Source: an uncultured delta proteobacterium (GTDB lineage Bacteria; Desulfobacterota; BSN033; UBA1163). From it: a DNA stretch of 64,000 bases. Shown here piece after piece: positions 1 through 9,528 of this stretch (position 1 is the first letter of the stretch; every line of letters starts with the position of its first letter). The DNA lies in the NCBI GenBank assembly GCA_963828805.1, contig CAWHGS010000043.1:585-64584 (forward strand). Direction: 5' to 3'. A program made the translations under genes and the position numbers. The notes beneath the pieces are model-generated. The model made no database searches. It saw only the letters and a list, made by a program, of their open reading frames with translations, and was not told where the DNA came from.

Positions 1-167
1 GCAACATCTTCTTCTTCAAGTTCCGGATAAGCCTGCACGATTTCTTTCGTGGTCATGCCACTGGCGATCTGCTTGAGAATAACTGAAACCGTTATTCTCA
101 TCCCTCGAATTGTCGGCTGCCCCAGACAGATTTCCGGATCGACCGTTATTCGGTCCAATTCTTTCAT
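1..167 (-). CDS. DUF433 domain protein (antitoxin-like), N-terminal part only; the gene runs off the left edge of the window
   Basis: My own minus-strand translation from the ATG at 165-167 gives MKELDRITVDPEICLGQPTIRGMRITVSVILKQIASGMTTKEIVQAYPELEEEDV. This contains the DUF433 core (CxGxPxIRGxRI). The ORF is too short to appear in the ORF track. Confidence 0.7.
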   Translation of the reverse strand, partial: MKELDRITVDPEICLGQPTIRGMRITVSVILKQIASGMTTKEIVQAYPELEEEDV

Positions 168-285
168 ACTTCTGCACCTCCTCCCTTCAGATACACGCAT
201 CACAATTATTACTTAAACCATATTTCAACTTCCTCTCAAGGTCATTCCGAAAATCAGGAAGCGCCCCGATTTCCTGCTGCGGTTA

Positions 286-735
286 TCACCTTGGCATTGC
301 AAGCAGCATTGCATCGAGAAGACGCTTCTCCTCGCTATCTTTAGGATAAAGGGCGGACAGGGCATTGGCAAGCCGAAGGAAATCCGGGCCTCGATCCTGC
401 TCGGCCTTTAGGGGCGTGCGCAAAGCATTGGCCTGACCACTGGCCTGAAGCAACATAGCAGCACAGATGGTTGAGGTGGCATCCAGGACGGTTAACGAGT
501 CAATATCACGGGAGGTGAGAGTAACGCTACGGAACCTCTCGGACTGAGTGCCGACCAACCCCAGAGACCAGGTGTCAGGACCATTTTGGCGGACAGTTTC
601 CACCCTCATCGGCTCATTGAAAAGTGAACCAGTGAGGATTTGACCGGGTTTAATGGTCCTTTCGTTCATTTCGTTAGACATGCCTTTTTGGGTTCCATTT
701 TGGGTTGGGTCGGACCCAAACTGCCTCTTTGACAT
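286..735 (-). CDS. hypothetical protein (no family recognised)
   Basis: 149-aa ORF. A later start at MSNEMNERTIKPGQ is plausible. I recognise no catalytic or domain motif. Confidence 0.3.
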   Translation of the reverse strand: MSKRQFGSDPTQNGTQKGMSNEMNERTIKPGQILTGSLFNEPMRVETVRQNGPDTWSLGLVGTQSERFRSVTLTSRDIDSLTVLDATSTICAAMLLQASGQANALRTPLKAEQDRGPDFLRLANALSALYPKDSEEKRLLDAMLLAMPR

Positions 736-907
736 CTCTTCATGGAATAGCCAGCTTGCGAAGCAATTTCACAGCTTCAACAGGAGGCAGATTGAAGATG
801 CCGTACCGAGCATGATTCGAAAGCAACCTTATCACAACCATAAGTTCTTGTAAAGCAACAAATGAGGTCGGTTTGGGGGGTGGTGCAAGACAGAAGAGAA
901 CGTGTCC

Positions 908-950
908 AAAACAAAAAAGGGTTACAAGTTGTCGAAATCTCTTGTAACCC
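908..950 (-). terminator. rho-independent terminator of the tRNA-Gly/tRNA-Cys unit
   Basis: The minus strand reads GGGTTACAAG-(12 nt loop)-CTTGTAACCC followed by TTTTTTGTTT. That is a perfect 10-bp stem, 13 nt downstream of tRNA-Cys. Confidence 0.8.
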
Positions 951-962
951 TTAAACTGTTAT

Positions 963-1037
963 TGGAGGCGGCAACCGGATTTGAACCGGTGAATAACGGT
1001 TTTGCAGACCGTCGCCTTACCACTTGGCTATGCCGCC
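963..1037 (-). tRNA. tRNA-Cys (anticodon GCA), CCA encoded
   Basis: The reverse complement is GGCGGCATAGCCAAGTGGTAAGGCGACGGTCTGCAAAACCGTTATTCACCGGTTCAAATCCGGTTGCCGCCTCCA. It has a cloverleaf, a CT-GCA-AA anticodon loop and a GGTTCAAATCC T-arm. Confidence 0.9.
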
Positions 1038-1039
1038 GT

Positions 1040-1116
<77 letters not shown>

Positions 1117-1135
1117 ATCCTCAACGCACCTGATA

Positions 1136-1164
1136 AATTTACAAGACTGAGGAAGGGTTGTCAA
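1136..1164 (-). promoter_or_regulatory. sigma70-type promoter for the tRNA-Gly/Cys unit
   Basis: The minus strand has TTGACA (1164-1159), a 17-nt spacer and TAAATT (1141-1136). This lies about 20 nt upstream of the tRNA-Gly 5' end. Confidence 0.55.
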
Positions 1165-1310
1165 GACCCCACAACGACACCGCATAGGGCAAAGCGCATG
1201 CATGAACAATCATGAAATGGAATATTGGAATACTGGAACGATGGGAAGGCAGAGGAAGACATGGAACAGGGAGGATTTACAGTGGCAACCTTGGTCAAAT
1301 CCCCCTAAAT

Positions 1311-1329
1311 CCCCCTTTTGCAAAGGGGG
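1311..1329 (-). terminator. hairpin downstream of pgsA (weak terminator candidate)
   Basis: Perfect 8-bp stem CCCCCTTT/AAAGGGGG with a 3-nt loop. Only a short ATTT follows on the minus strand. Confidence 0.35.
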
Positions 1330-1363
1330 ACTTCATAGCCCACCACTATTTACGGATAAGTTC

Positions 1364-1936
1364 TTAGATGATGACCGCTTTCAGAAACCGCTTGAAGTAC
1401 TCGATCCCGGAGACCACCGCCAGAAGGAGCGCGATCCAGAAAAGCCCCATCCCGACCTGATGAAGGTTGATTCCCATAAACTCTGTCCCGACGATCAGAC
1501 AGCTCACTGCTACCACTTCAAAGACGGTCTTGTATTTCCCCAGGGTGCTCGCCGCAATGACCATTCCCTGGGAGACGGCAATTCCCCTGAGCCCTGTAAC
1601 CGCAATCTCCCGGCCGACGATGACGATCACCATCCCCACGGGAACGTCCCGGCCGGGCACCAGGGCAATCATAGAGGTGACAATCAATAATTTGTCCGCC
1701 AGGGGGTCCAGGAATTTCCCCAGGGTCGTCGTAAGATCGTAGCGCCGCGCGAGATAGCCATCGATCATATCCGTGCTGGCAACGAGAAGAAAGAGAAGAC
1801 CTGTAAGGAGTCGATAATCCTGTCCTGAATAGAAGATCATGGAGAGGATGACCGGAATCGCCAGGACCCGGATGATCGTGACCCCGTTCGGGAGGGTCAT
1901 GATCTGTTCACGATTCAGCTTTTCCATGGAGTACAC
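1364..1936 (-). CDS. pgsA: CDP-diacylglycerol--glycerol-3-phosphate 3-phosphatidyltransferase
   Basis: CDP-alcohol phosphatidyltransferase motif DMIDGYLARRYDLTTTLGKFLDPLADK and a multi-TM profile. The true start is probably the internal MTLPNG (about 1900). Confidence 0.85.
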   Translation of the reverse strand: MYSMEKLNREQIMTLPNGVTIIRVLAIPVILSMIFYSGQDYRLLTGLLFLLVASTDMIDGYLARRYDLTTTLGKFLDPLADKLLIVTSMIALVPGRDVPVGMVIVIVGREIAVTGLRGIAVSQGMVIAASTLGKYKTVFEVVAVSCLIVGTEFMGINLHQVGMGLFWIALLLAVVSGIEYFKRFLKAVII

Positions 1937-2032
1937 TTTGGTTCAAAATTGCGGACTGTGCCCACCTTCGGCAGCAGGATAGTGGTTTGACAGTCTGAAA
2001 TCCAGAGTTTAAATCTGAATTTAGGCCGAGGG

Positions 2033-2635
2033 CTATTTTCTATAGGATTGGTAAAAACTGAGCACCTTTCGCACGTAATCGACCGTTTCCCGGTAAGGAG
2101 GAATCGTGCCGAGTTGGGCCACAATATTCTCGCCTGCGTTGTAGGCGGCCAGAGAGAGCCGGAGGTCATTGTTGAAAAGGGAAAGGAGATATTTAAAGTA
2201 ACGGACCCCGCCTTCAATATTCTCCTTGGGATTGAAGACATTGGACACATTCATCCGGAGGGCTGTCCCCGGCATCAACTGCATCAGCCCTTTGGCTCCC
2301 TTTCTCGAAATAGCATTGGGATTGAACCCCGATTCGGCCCGGATCATCGCCTTGATCAGGGCGAATTCGATCTCATATTTCTTTGCAAACTCGGAGATGA
2401 GATAGTCAAAGTTCTTGGAATCGATGAGGCTGAAAGACGGAGCAGCCTCACCCGGCTCTACCCCCACGTCGTCTTTGCTTTCCCGGATATAGAGCTTGAA
2501 CTTCGGGTCTCTCGGGCAATTACTAAAATGGATCACCCCGTTTTCATCTTCGTAACGGTAGATTCCTGCCGCCGAAAAGTCGGCCGTAAGAAAAATCGAA
2601 AGAAGCAGGGTGGTCAGCAGAATAGGTTTGATCAT
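2033..2635 (-). CDS. lytic transglycosylase (SLT domain) with signal peptide and DUF4124-like N-terminal region
   Basis: SLT catalytic region IRAESGFNPNAISRKGAKGLMQLMPGTA. N-terminal signal peptide followed by GIYRYEDENGVIHFSN. Confidence 0.8.
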   Translation of the reverse strand: MIKPILLTTLLLSIFLTADFSAAGIYRYEDENGVIHFSNCPRDPKFKLYIRESKDDVGVEPGEAAPSFSLIDSKNFDYLISEFAKKYEIEFALIKAMIRAESGFNPNAISRKGAKGLMQLMPGTALRMNVSNVFNPKENIEGGVRYFKYLLSLFNNDLRLSLAAYNAGENIVAQLGTIPPYRETVDYVRKVLSFYQSYRK

Positions 2636-2834
2636 TTTCTTAGCAAACGAGTTCTAAATTGGTAAATAAATTAACATAGTTACCCATTGATGTCAATCAC
2701 TTTCATTGGCCCAAGGGTCGGTTCAACACCAAATCCCATTGAAAACAAAAGGGTTTAGAAAAATCAGGCATCTAACCATAAATTAAAACAGCAATTTTAA
2801 TGCCAGTCTCTTAGGCAAGTCATTTATCTCTTTT

Positions 2835-3866
2835 CTATCCTGAAAAAAAGGGTCTAAGACCTTCAGCCATTTCTTCTGGAGAGACGACGCAGATTACCTC
2901 ACCGTGAAGTTTTTCAAAGTAGTTGATATCACTTGTATTCCATGGAGGGATAAGGATTCTCGGGATTAGCCTCGCGTACGCCCACGATTGGACTTCCGGG
3001 TCCGTACCGGAGATGAGGGCAAGATTGAAGCTACAGGTCTGTCTTTCCTTGAGGTAGCGAAATATCCTTGTTAATCCATCTGAAAAATGGGTCCAATCCT
3101 CCTCCGTGATGTCGTCAATCGTAAAACGATGGGCAAAGAGCGTGATGATTTCGCCCAGAATTCCCTGGGGGGAATAGGCCGCCAAAAAATGGACATCGCC
3201 GCAACGGCCAAGGTACCTCTCGCCGCAACTCATCTCTTCTGAAAGAAGGTCTTCCCAGTAAAAAGAGCCCCTTTCTTCCTGATGTCTTCTTATCCCCTCG
3301 ATCCCCTTTCTCTGGGAAACGGTCGGGACCTGATCGACAACGACCTGCAGGTGGGGATGATACAAGCCTCCTCCGGATTGGGGGAGGTAATTCCAGTTAA
3401 TGGAGCTAAAGGCAAAGTCGGGGGCCATTCTTCCTACCCTTTGAATCCCTTCCTGGCCTACCAAGAAACCGTCCCTCAGAACCTCCACCGTAAATTGATC
3501 GAGATGATAAAAGTGCTCATCGGACAGAACGACGACCCAGTTGTAATGGGCGTAAGGAAATGCGTTTGGAAAGGAGACGGCCCTTCCCTTCCGTATCCTT
3601 CCTTCGGCTGCAATCTCCGGGATAAATTTAGGGGTAAACGATTCGACCTGGCCCGGGCAGAAGGGACAGCCCTTCTGGGATGCGTCAAGCATCTCTTGCG
3701 AGAGGGCCGTTTCAAAGACCTTTCTCCGAAACGGAAGGATTCGTGAGAGGTGGCCGGTCAGGGGGTCTTTCCGGATTTCAAAGGAAATCTCTTTCCTTAC
3801 ATATCCTTCCTTCTGGTCCAGAAACTCGGCCCTGCCCTCCCTCCTTTCGAGCTCTATTCTTGACAC
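2835..3866 (-). CDS. GalT-like (HIT superfamily) hexose-1-phosphate nucleotidyltransferase, paralog 1
   Basis: Zn-binding CPFCPG motif and an HPHLQ (HxHxQ) active-site motif. The ORF is intact at 343 aa. Confidence 0.6.
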   Translation of the reverse strand: MSRIELERREGRAEFLDQKEGYVRKEISFEIRKDPLTGHLSRILPFRRKVFETALSQEMLDASQKGCPFCPGQVESFTPKFIPEIAAEGRIRKGRAVSFPNAFPYAHYNWVVVLSDEHFYHLDQFTVEVLRDGFLVGQEGIQRVGRMAPDFAFSSINWNYLPQSGGGLYHPHLQVVVDQVPTVSQRKGIEGIRRHQEERGSFYWEDLLSEEMSCGERYLGRCGDVHFLAAYSPQGILGEIITLFAHRFTIDDITEEDWTHFSDGLTRIFRYLKERQTCSFNLALISGTDPEVQSWAYARLIPRILIPPWNTSDINYFEKLHGEVICVVSPEEMAEGLRPFFSG

Positions 3867-3913
3867 GGGTCAACACCCTCCAAGGAGGACATCAGGCTAC
3901 TGCTTATCGTAAG

Positions 3914-5283
3914 TTACATCCTCCCCATGGATCGTTCCAAACTCGCCCTGGCCACATTATAATCGCTCAGCGCGCCGTAGTAATTGACCCTGGTCTGGGC
4001 CAGCAAGGTGACCGCGTCAAGGACGTCGAAAGCCGTGGCAACCTGATACTTGTACCGTTCCTCGTTCAGCCTCAAGTTCTCTTCCGCCTGCTCAATCGAC
4101 TTCGCTGCCGTATTTACGTTCTTCTCCGCCACCCCCATGTTCAAGTAATCTTCCTTTACCTCCAGGATCACCCCTTCCACGATCTGAGTCTTCGAATCCT
4201 CGGCCTGGGTCACCTTCACCTTGCTCGCTCCAACCTGGTTATAGACCTTTCCCCAGTCCCACAGCGTCATCGAAGCCACGGCCGAAATGCTCCACCGGTC
4301 GCTTTTGAGGTCGCCGTTGAGAAAAAATTGGTCCGAGTTCCTGAAGTAGTTGCCCGCAAGGCTCACCGTTGGAAGCATCCCGCTCCGGACAATCTTGACG
4401 CTCTCCTTCGCCTGGCCCACCGTCAGTTCGGCCACCTTGATCTCCGATCTCTGCTGCAGCGCCTCGCCGACGCACTGCTCCAAGGTCAGAGGGAACGGTT
4501 TGTAATCCAGGATATCGACCAGTCTCCACCGGCTCATTAATCTCCCTGCGGAGCAGGTTATTGAATGAAGACTTTGGCCACCCCCACATCGTTCTCGGCG
4601 CTGGCCTGGGCCTGCAGGGCATTGGCCAGTCTCACCTCGGCCTGCAAAACATCGTTCTTCGGGATCAGTCCCACTTCGAAGAAGGCCCGTGACACCTCCA
4701 ACTGACCTTCGAACTGCTTGACCGCCTGTTTTGCAACCTCTACAAATTTCTCGGCCCTCAAAATATTGAAGTACCCTTGTCTCACATTCAGGACGACGTT
4801 CTGTTTGGCGATTTCGACATTGGCCTTTGAGATCTCCAAGCCCAATTTGGAGGAGCGGTAGTTCGCGAGGTAAGCGCCACCGGCGTAGAGGGTTTGGGTG
4901 AGCGTCGTATATAGGCTGAAAGTATAACGGGTTGTTTCAGGAATGGTCACCGTTACCGGAGTGGCATTGGCAATGGGGTCTGCAACCGGTTTGGGGGGCG
5001 TCACGATGGAGGTGGCCGACTGGGTTCCGACCTGGACCGGGCTGCTAAACCAGGTGTAACCATACTGGCCTTGCCACTGGGGGAAGAAATAGGCCCTGGC
5101 CGTTTTCCGGTTGAATTCTGCGCCCATCACCCCTTCCTTGGCGGAATGCACGGCCAGACTCCGCTCCAAAGCGATCCGAATCGATTCGTCAAGGGTCAAC
5201 GGTCCCGGAGTGCTCTGGGCCCATGTAAAATTTGCCAAAAGAAATGTTAACAAAATGAAACCAGTCACTCCTTTGATCTTCAT
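3914..5283 (-). pseudogene. TolC-family outer membrane efflux protein, interrupted by two single-base shifts
   Basis: ORFs 4558-5331 (signal peptide plus first OEP repeat) and 3914-4537 (second repeat) belong to one gene. The linking peptide FNNLLRREINEPVE lies in a third frame. I resolve apparent extra bases near 4566 and 4527. The likely start is MKIKGV at 5283, with an AAAGGAGG RBS. Confidence 0.8.
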
Positions 5284-5378
5284 CAAACCATCTCCTCCTT
5301 TCACTGACAGAACCTTCATAAACCGTTCCACAAATGCAATGCCGGGACAGGAATGATTTCTCTGATCAATGAGAATTC

Positions 5379-5408
5379 ATTCTAAAATCGCGGCAAAGAG
5401 GTTGTCAA
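5379..5408 (-). promoter_or_regulatory. sigma70-type promoter upstream of the TolC-like gene
   Basis: The minus strand has TTGACA (5408-5403), an 18-nt spacer and TAGAAT (5384-5379). Confidence 0.45.
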
Positions 5409-5667
5409 ATCATTTTTTACCGAACTTGCTCATTGCCATGGAATCAACCAAGGCCGGAGTCCATTTCCGCACCTGAACCCGCCCCTCCTGCCGAACCACG
5501 GGAAAGGCATCCCGCGAGGCGCCAAGACACCACCCTCTGGCTGAGATTCTGGTAAGGCTCAGGGAAGAAATTTCAGGCTATCCGAAGGGTAGAGGATCGG
5601 AGATGCTGCGCGAAGGGGCTTCGGCGAAAGCAGGGCACGCAGGCATGCCCGTTCTCGCAACCGCGGG

Positions 5668-6918
5668 TCAAAAGAGTTTCAACTGCTCCGTTGTCTTTTC
5701 GTCCTCTCTCTCTTCCGGGAAGAGGCTGATCTTTCCAAAAACACCATCATGACCCGGAAGGATCAAAACCTTTCCCTGCCTCATTCGAATGATCGCCTCC
5801 AAGATCTTCGGGGGAACGTAAGACTGTAACTCATCCGGAGGGGCATCGAGAAGAATCTGAAACTCAGACCCTCCTCTCTCCAGCAGTCTCTCATATTCCG
5901 TTTCAACAGCCTTTGTCCCGACTCTTTGGCCCAGACCCTCTGCAATGATCTCTTCGAGGGGAATGAGGTGAATGGAAGGAATGGCATTCCTGGGAACGAA
6001 CCCCTCCGGCCGGTCCGCGAGTTCTTCGACACGATGCACCACGCCCACCGTCAGTTTCTTATGGCACTTTGGACAAAGGTACTGGTGGCTCCTCGTTTGG
6101 GGGGGAGCAAAGACAACCCCGCAATCGCGGTGTCCATCGTAATGATATTTTCCCTCCTCCGGGAAGAACTCGAGGGTGAAGAGAAATCGCTTCCGATCCT
6201 TCGTCCGGAGGGTCTCCGTTAATTCTCCGTAATCGAGCGGACCATGGAAGGCATTGGCCTCTCTTCCCAGACGGTTTGGAGAATGGGCATCGGAGTTGGA
6301 GATCAGAGTGATCCTGTCGAGCGCCGAGAGTCTCCAGTTCATTTCAGGGTCAGAGGAGAGTCCTGTTTCAATGGCATAAATGAACGGGGTCATCTCTCCG
6401 AAACATTCCTCAATCGAGTCAAATCCTGAGTTGGCGCCAAAGATCGAGAACCAGGGTGTCCAGGCATGGGCCGGGATGACCATGCAATCAGGCGAGATGT
6501 CCAGGACCATCTTTGCGAGGTCTTTTGCGCTGAAGCCGAAGATGGGCCTTCCATCAGAGGAAATCTTCCCGAGGTTTCCGAGCTTGGAGGAAAGGGTTTG
6601 AACAACCTCCAGGCTGGGGGCAAAGATAAGAGTATGAATTCGTCTCACCTTTCCCCCCTGGGAATAGATATTGCTCAATTCGGTCGTCAGGATGAAGCGG
6701 ACTCCCTGATCCTCTTTTTTAAGCCGCAGAAATCCGTTACCCAACGGTTCCAATTTCGACCGCAGCTCCGCCAGGTAAGAGGGGTGGGTAAAATCGCCGG
6801 TTCCAAGAAGGGAAATCCCCTTCTTTTTCGCCCATCGGGCCAGGGTCTCCACATCCATGTCCTTGCTCGTGGCCCGGCTATACCTTGAATGGAGGTGAAA
6901 ATCGGCAATCATCCGCAT
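5668..6918 (-). CDS. endonuclease Q-like (TIGR00375 family) PHP-domain protein
   Basis: N-terminus ADFHLHSRYSRATS (PHP-type metal site) and a C-terminal Zn-finger CPKCHKKLTVGVVHRVEEL. The layout matches what I recall for EndoQ. Confidence 0.6.
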   Translation of the reverse strand: MRMIADFHLHSRYSRATSKDMDVETLARWAKKKGISLLGTGDFTHPSYLAELRSKLEPLGNGFLRLKKEDQGVRFILTTELSNIYSQGGKVRRIHTLIFAPSLEVVQTLSSKLGNLGKISSDGRPIFGFSAKDLAKMVLDISPDCMVIPAHAWTPWFSIFGANSGFDSIEECFGEMTPFIYAIETGLSSDPEMNWRLSALDRITLISNSDAHSPNRLGREANAFHGPLDYGELTETLRTKDRKRFLFTLEFFPEEGKYHYDGHRDCGVVFAPPQTRSHQYLCPKCHKKLTVGVVHRVEELADRPEGFVPRNAIPSIHLIPLEEIIAEGLGQRVGTKAVETEYERLLERGGSEFQILLDAPPDELQSYVPPKILEAIIRMRQGKVLILPGHDGVFGKISLFPEEREDEKTTEQLKLF

Positions 6919-7184
6919 CGATGAAACCCATTAGTTAGAAAATAGCATGTCGCGTCAGACGTCAGGGCAACGATGCCCGTAGCGTCATTCGGAAACGTTC
7001 TTAGAAAGTCAATCGCTCGTAGCCGCACCGACCCTATCCGAAACGGGTTCGTCGCGACCCGCTTCCCGCAGGCAGGGGAAGCATTCCGTGATATGGATCA
7101 TGCCTGCCTAGCCGGTAGGCAGATTACACCTCTCCGGGCATGAGTAGGAGGATCTAACGATCAGGGGAGGGTTCCGATGAATTC

Positions 7185-7409
7185 CTATTTCTCTTCAACT
7201 TCCAGAACTTTTTTCTTCGATCTCAATCCCGATAGAATCGAAACTCGGGATTTTGGAACGTCGAAATACTCCGCCAAGGTTTCGATGACTTCTTTATTCG
7301 CCTTGTTCTCCCGGGGAGATGCAATGACCTTGACGAGAAACTGGTTAGGGCCTGTGGGCTCGACCTCGCGCTTTTTAGAATTAGGCTTTACCGTGATCGA
7401 AACCTTCAC
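7185..7409 (-). CDS. DUF167 (YggU-like) protein
   Basis: 74-aa ORF: VKVSITVKPNSKKREV...VKVIASPRENKANKEVIETLAEYFDVPKSRVSILSGLRSKKKVLEV. This is the typical DUF167 pattern. It uses a GTG start. Confidence 0.75.
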   Translation of the reverse strand: MKVSITVKPNSKKREVEPTGPNQFLVKVIASPRENKANKEVIETLAEYFDVPKSRVSILSGLRSKKKVLEVEEK

Positions 7410-7624
7410 AACCCCCCTCTGCGAAGAGGCCCATTCCCATTTCTATTTTCCTGGGAACCGCCCTCCGCTGTCGCTTCCTCCATAAAATGCCACAACAGCG
7501 ACCCTGTTGAAAGGTCCACCCAAAGGAGCAGGGGAAAAAAGCCGGGCCATGTTCCAACTCAGAACGACCGTTCACCCGTTCGACTGCGCGAAGCCCTGGT
7601 CTTCGGGCCGAGGAGCCGAAAGGT

Positions 7625-7882
7625 TCACTCGACGATCTTGTAAACCACGTCGTGTTCTCTTACCTTGTCTTTCACCCGTATCCCGATATCCGCCCCGGGC
7701 CCCGCCTCCAGAATGTCCTGATTTTCCATCTGCATCGAATCCAATGTCTCGACCAGATCCGTGGTATGGCCGACAATGCGGATTTGATCGCCAACCTTCA
7801 AGCCCCCTTCAGTCAGACTGATGGCTGCCACGCCGATCTTGCCAAAGAACTTGATCACCTCACCGACCTTCTTTTCCTCCAT
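7625..7882 (-). CDS. small EF-Tu-domain-2-like (translation elongation factor-like) protein
   Basis: Sequence MEEKKVGEVIKFFGKIGVAAISLTEGGLKVGDQIRIVGHTTD...GIRVKDKVREHDVVYKI, a beta-barrel pattern. An AAAGGAGG RBS precedes the ATG at 7882. Confidence 0.55.
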   Translation of the reverse strand: MEEKKVGEVIKFFGKIGVAAISLTEGGLKVGDQIRIVGHTTDLVETLDSMQMENQDILEAGPGADIGIRVKDKVREHDVVYKIVE

Positions 7883-9065
7883 CTCCAGCCTCCTTTCGGA
7901 TGACCCCGTTTTCAAACGCCAGTTTTCGGATCCCGTCGAGGACTTCTTCCAACCGGATCCCCTTCAGACATTCGAAATGCTGACACTGAAAGAACCGCTC
8001 CTGCGGACAGGGGGAACAATGGATCTCTTTCCGTATCACCCTAACGTTCCTCCCTCTTGGAGACCAGACCTTCGGATCCGTTGGTCCAAACATCGCGAGG
8101 GTAGGAATCCCCAAAGCGGCTGCCAGGTGGGAAATCCCTGAATCGTTCCCCACAAAAAGACGACATCCCTCCATGACCGATGCGAGTTGGATGAGGGAGA
8201 GTCCTTTTGCCAGGATAAAAAATCCGGGCCTTTCGTTCTCAAAGATTTTCCTCGTCTCAGGCCCTTCGGCCGGCCCAAGCACGACAAGGATCCTCGAAGA
8301 AAGATGCTGCTGAAGAACCTCCGTGAGTTTGAGAAAACGATCCAAAGGCCAAACCTTCTTCTTGCTTCCACTGCCGGGATGGATGATGATTACCGTATCC
8401 CTCTCCTCCGCAGTCACCCCTTTTCCCATCCAATATTCTCTTGCCCAGGCTCGGTCCGACTCATTCAAAAAAAGTTTAGGGATCCTTTCGGAAGCTGAGA
8501 ATCCATAACGGGAAAGTTCCACCAGGAGATGGTCGATGAGGTGGATCCCTCCGTCCCACCGGGGAAAGGGATTGATATGTAGAATCCTCCCCTCGCAGAC
8601 TCGGTTCAGGTTTCCAATCAGATTGCCTTCTCCATTCTTTCCAAAAACCGCAATGAGGTCAAACGTCTTGAAGAACTGGGAGAGCCGAAGGTCCAGCGGA
8701 CCTCCCCGAACAAAAAAAGAAGCCATGCCCCTCTGGTCGATCGAAAGAATCTCTTCTGCATAGAATCGGTTCTCAATCAGTTCCAGGATCCTCGGGTACC
8801 CCATGATAACGGACCGGGCTTGGGGGAAGGCCCTTCGGAGGACTTCGAGCGAAGGCAGGGCAAGAATGAAATCGCCCAGAGCACCCTGATGAAGGATCAG
8901 CATCGATCGCACAGGAAACGGCTTCTGTCCCGATGCAAACGAGAGCCGTTTTGCCTGCGGGGATTGCACGCGACCGCCTTCCGACTTCATTTTGGGATAG
9001 TCACCATTGCTCCGGACCCAAAGGCGCCGGATATCAGATTGAATAATGAACTTTTCTCTTAACAT
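7860..9065 (-). CDS. glycosyltransferase family 9 (heptosyltransferase-like)
   Basis: Motifs LILHQGALGDFILALP and FVGNDSGISHLAAALGIPTLAMFGPT. The true start is probably MLILHQG (about 8903). Confidence 0.8.
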   Translation of the reverse strand: MLREKFIIQSDIRRLWVRSNGDYPKMKSEGGRVQSPQAKRLSFASGQKPFPVRSMLILHQGALGDFILALPSLEVLRRAFPQARSVIMGYPRILELIENRFYAEEILSIDQRGMASFFVRGGPLDLRLSQFFKTFDLIAVFGKNGEGNLIGNLNRVCEGRILHINPFPRWDGGIHLIDHLLVELSRYGFSASERIPKLFLNESDRAWAREYWMGKGVTAEERDTVIIIHPGSGSKKKVWPLDRFLKLTEVLQQHLSSRILVVLGPAEGPETRKIFENERPGFFILAKGLSLIQLASVMEGCRLFVGNDSGISHLAAALGIPTLAMFGPTDPKVWSPRGRNVRVIRKEIHCSPCPQERFFQCQHFECLKGIRLEEVLDGIRKLAFENGVIRKEAGDGGKEGR

Positions 9066-9105
9066 CTTCTCCAGACAAAGACTTCTTTCCGCCCTTCCAC
9101 CTCAT

Positions 9106-9486
9106 TCAGGGACGTTCTGTTTCCAGGGCCCTTCTTACCGCATCCAAGAGTTCCTCCGCGTCATAAGGCTTCTTGATATAGAACCGGCCCCCCACCTCAT
9201 GGGCTTTCTGTTCCGCATTTCTTTCCGGGCTCCCGGTCAGAAACAGGATCGGGATATGGGAGGTTTGGGCCGTTTCCTTCAAGCGCTGGGCGATCGTGAA
9301 ACCATCTCCTGCCGGCATCCGGATATCGAGAATGATCAGATCGGGCCTCTCCTTGTGGGCCATGAAAACTCCCTGGGCGCCGTCATAGGCATAAACCACG
9401 TCGTATCCGCCCGATTGAAGCCGGATCGTCACGGCTCTGATGATATCCCGCTCATCATCCACAACGAGAATCTTCTTTTTCTCCAC
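9106..9486 (-). CDS. stand-alone response regulator receiver (CheY-like)
   Basis: Receiver motifs ILVVDDE, LIILDIRMPAGDG, and PILFLTG followed by K. There is no output domain. Confidence 0.85.
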   Translation of the reverse strand: MEKKKILVVDDERDIIRAVTIRLQSGGYDVVYAYDGAQGVFMAHKERPDLIILDIRMPAGDGFTIAQRLKETAQTSHIPILFLTGSPERNAEQKAHEVGGRFYIKKPYDAEELLDAVRRALETERP

Positions 9487-9528
9487 CCTCTATCATCCTT
9501 TCGCGGAGTTTCTCATTCCCCGACGGGC

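Noticed and set aside
7410-7624. 215-nt gap between the EF-like gene and DUF167, examined for a structured RNA (SRP/6S-like)
   Set aside because: I found only short, weak hairpins and none of the conserved SRP, 6S, tmRNA or RNase P motifs that I can recognise by eye. I cannot support an ncRNA call.
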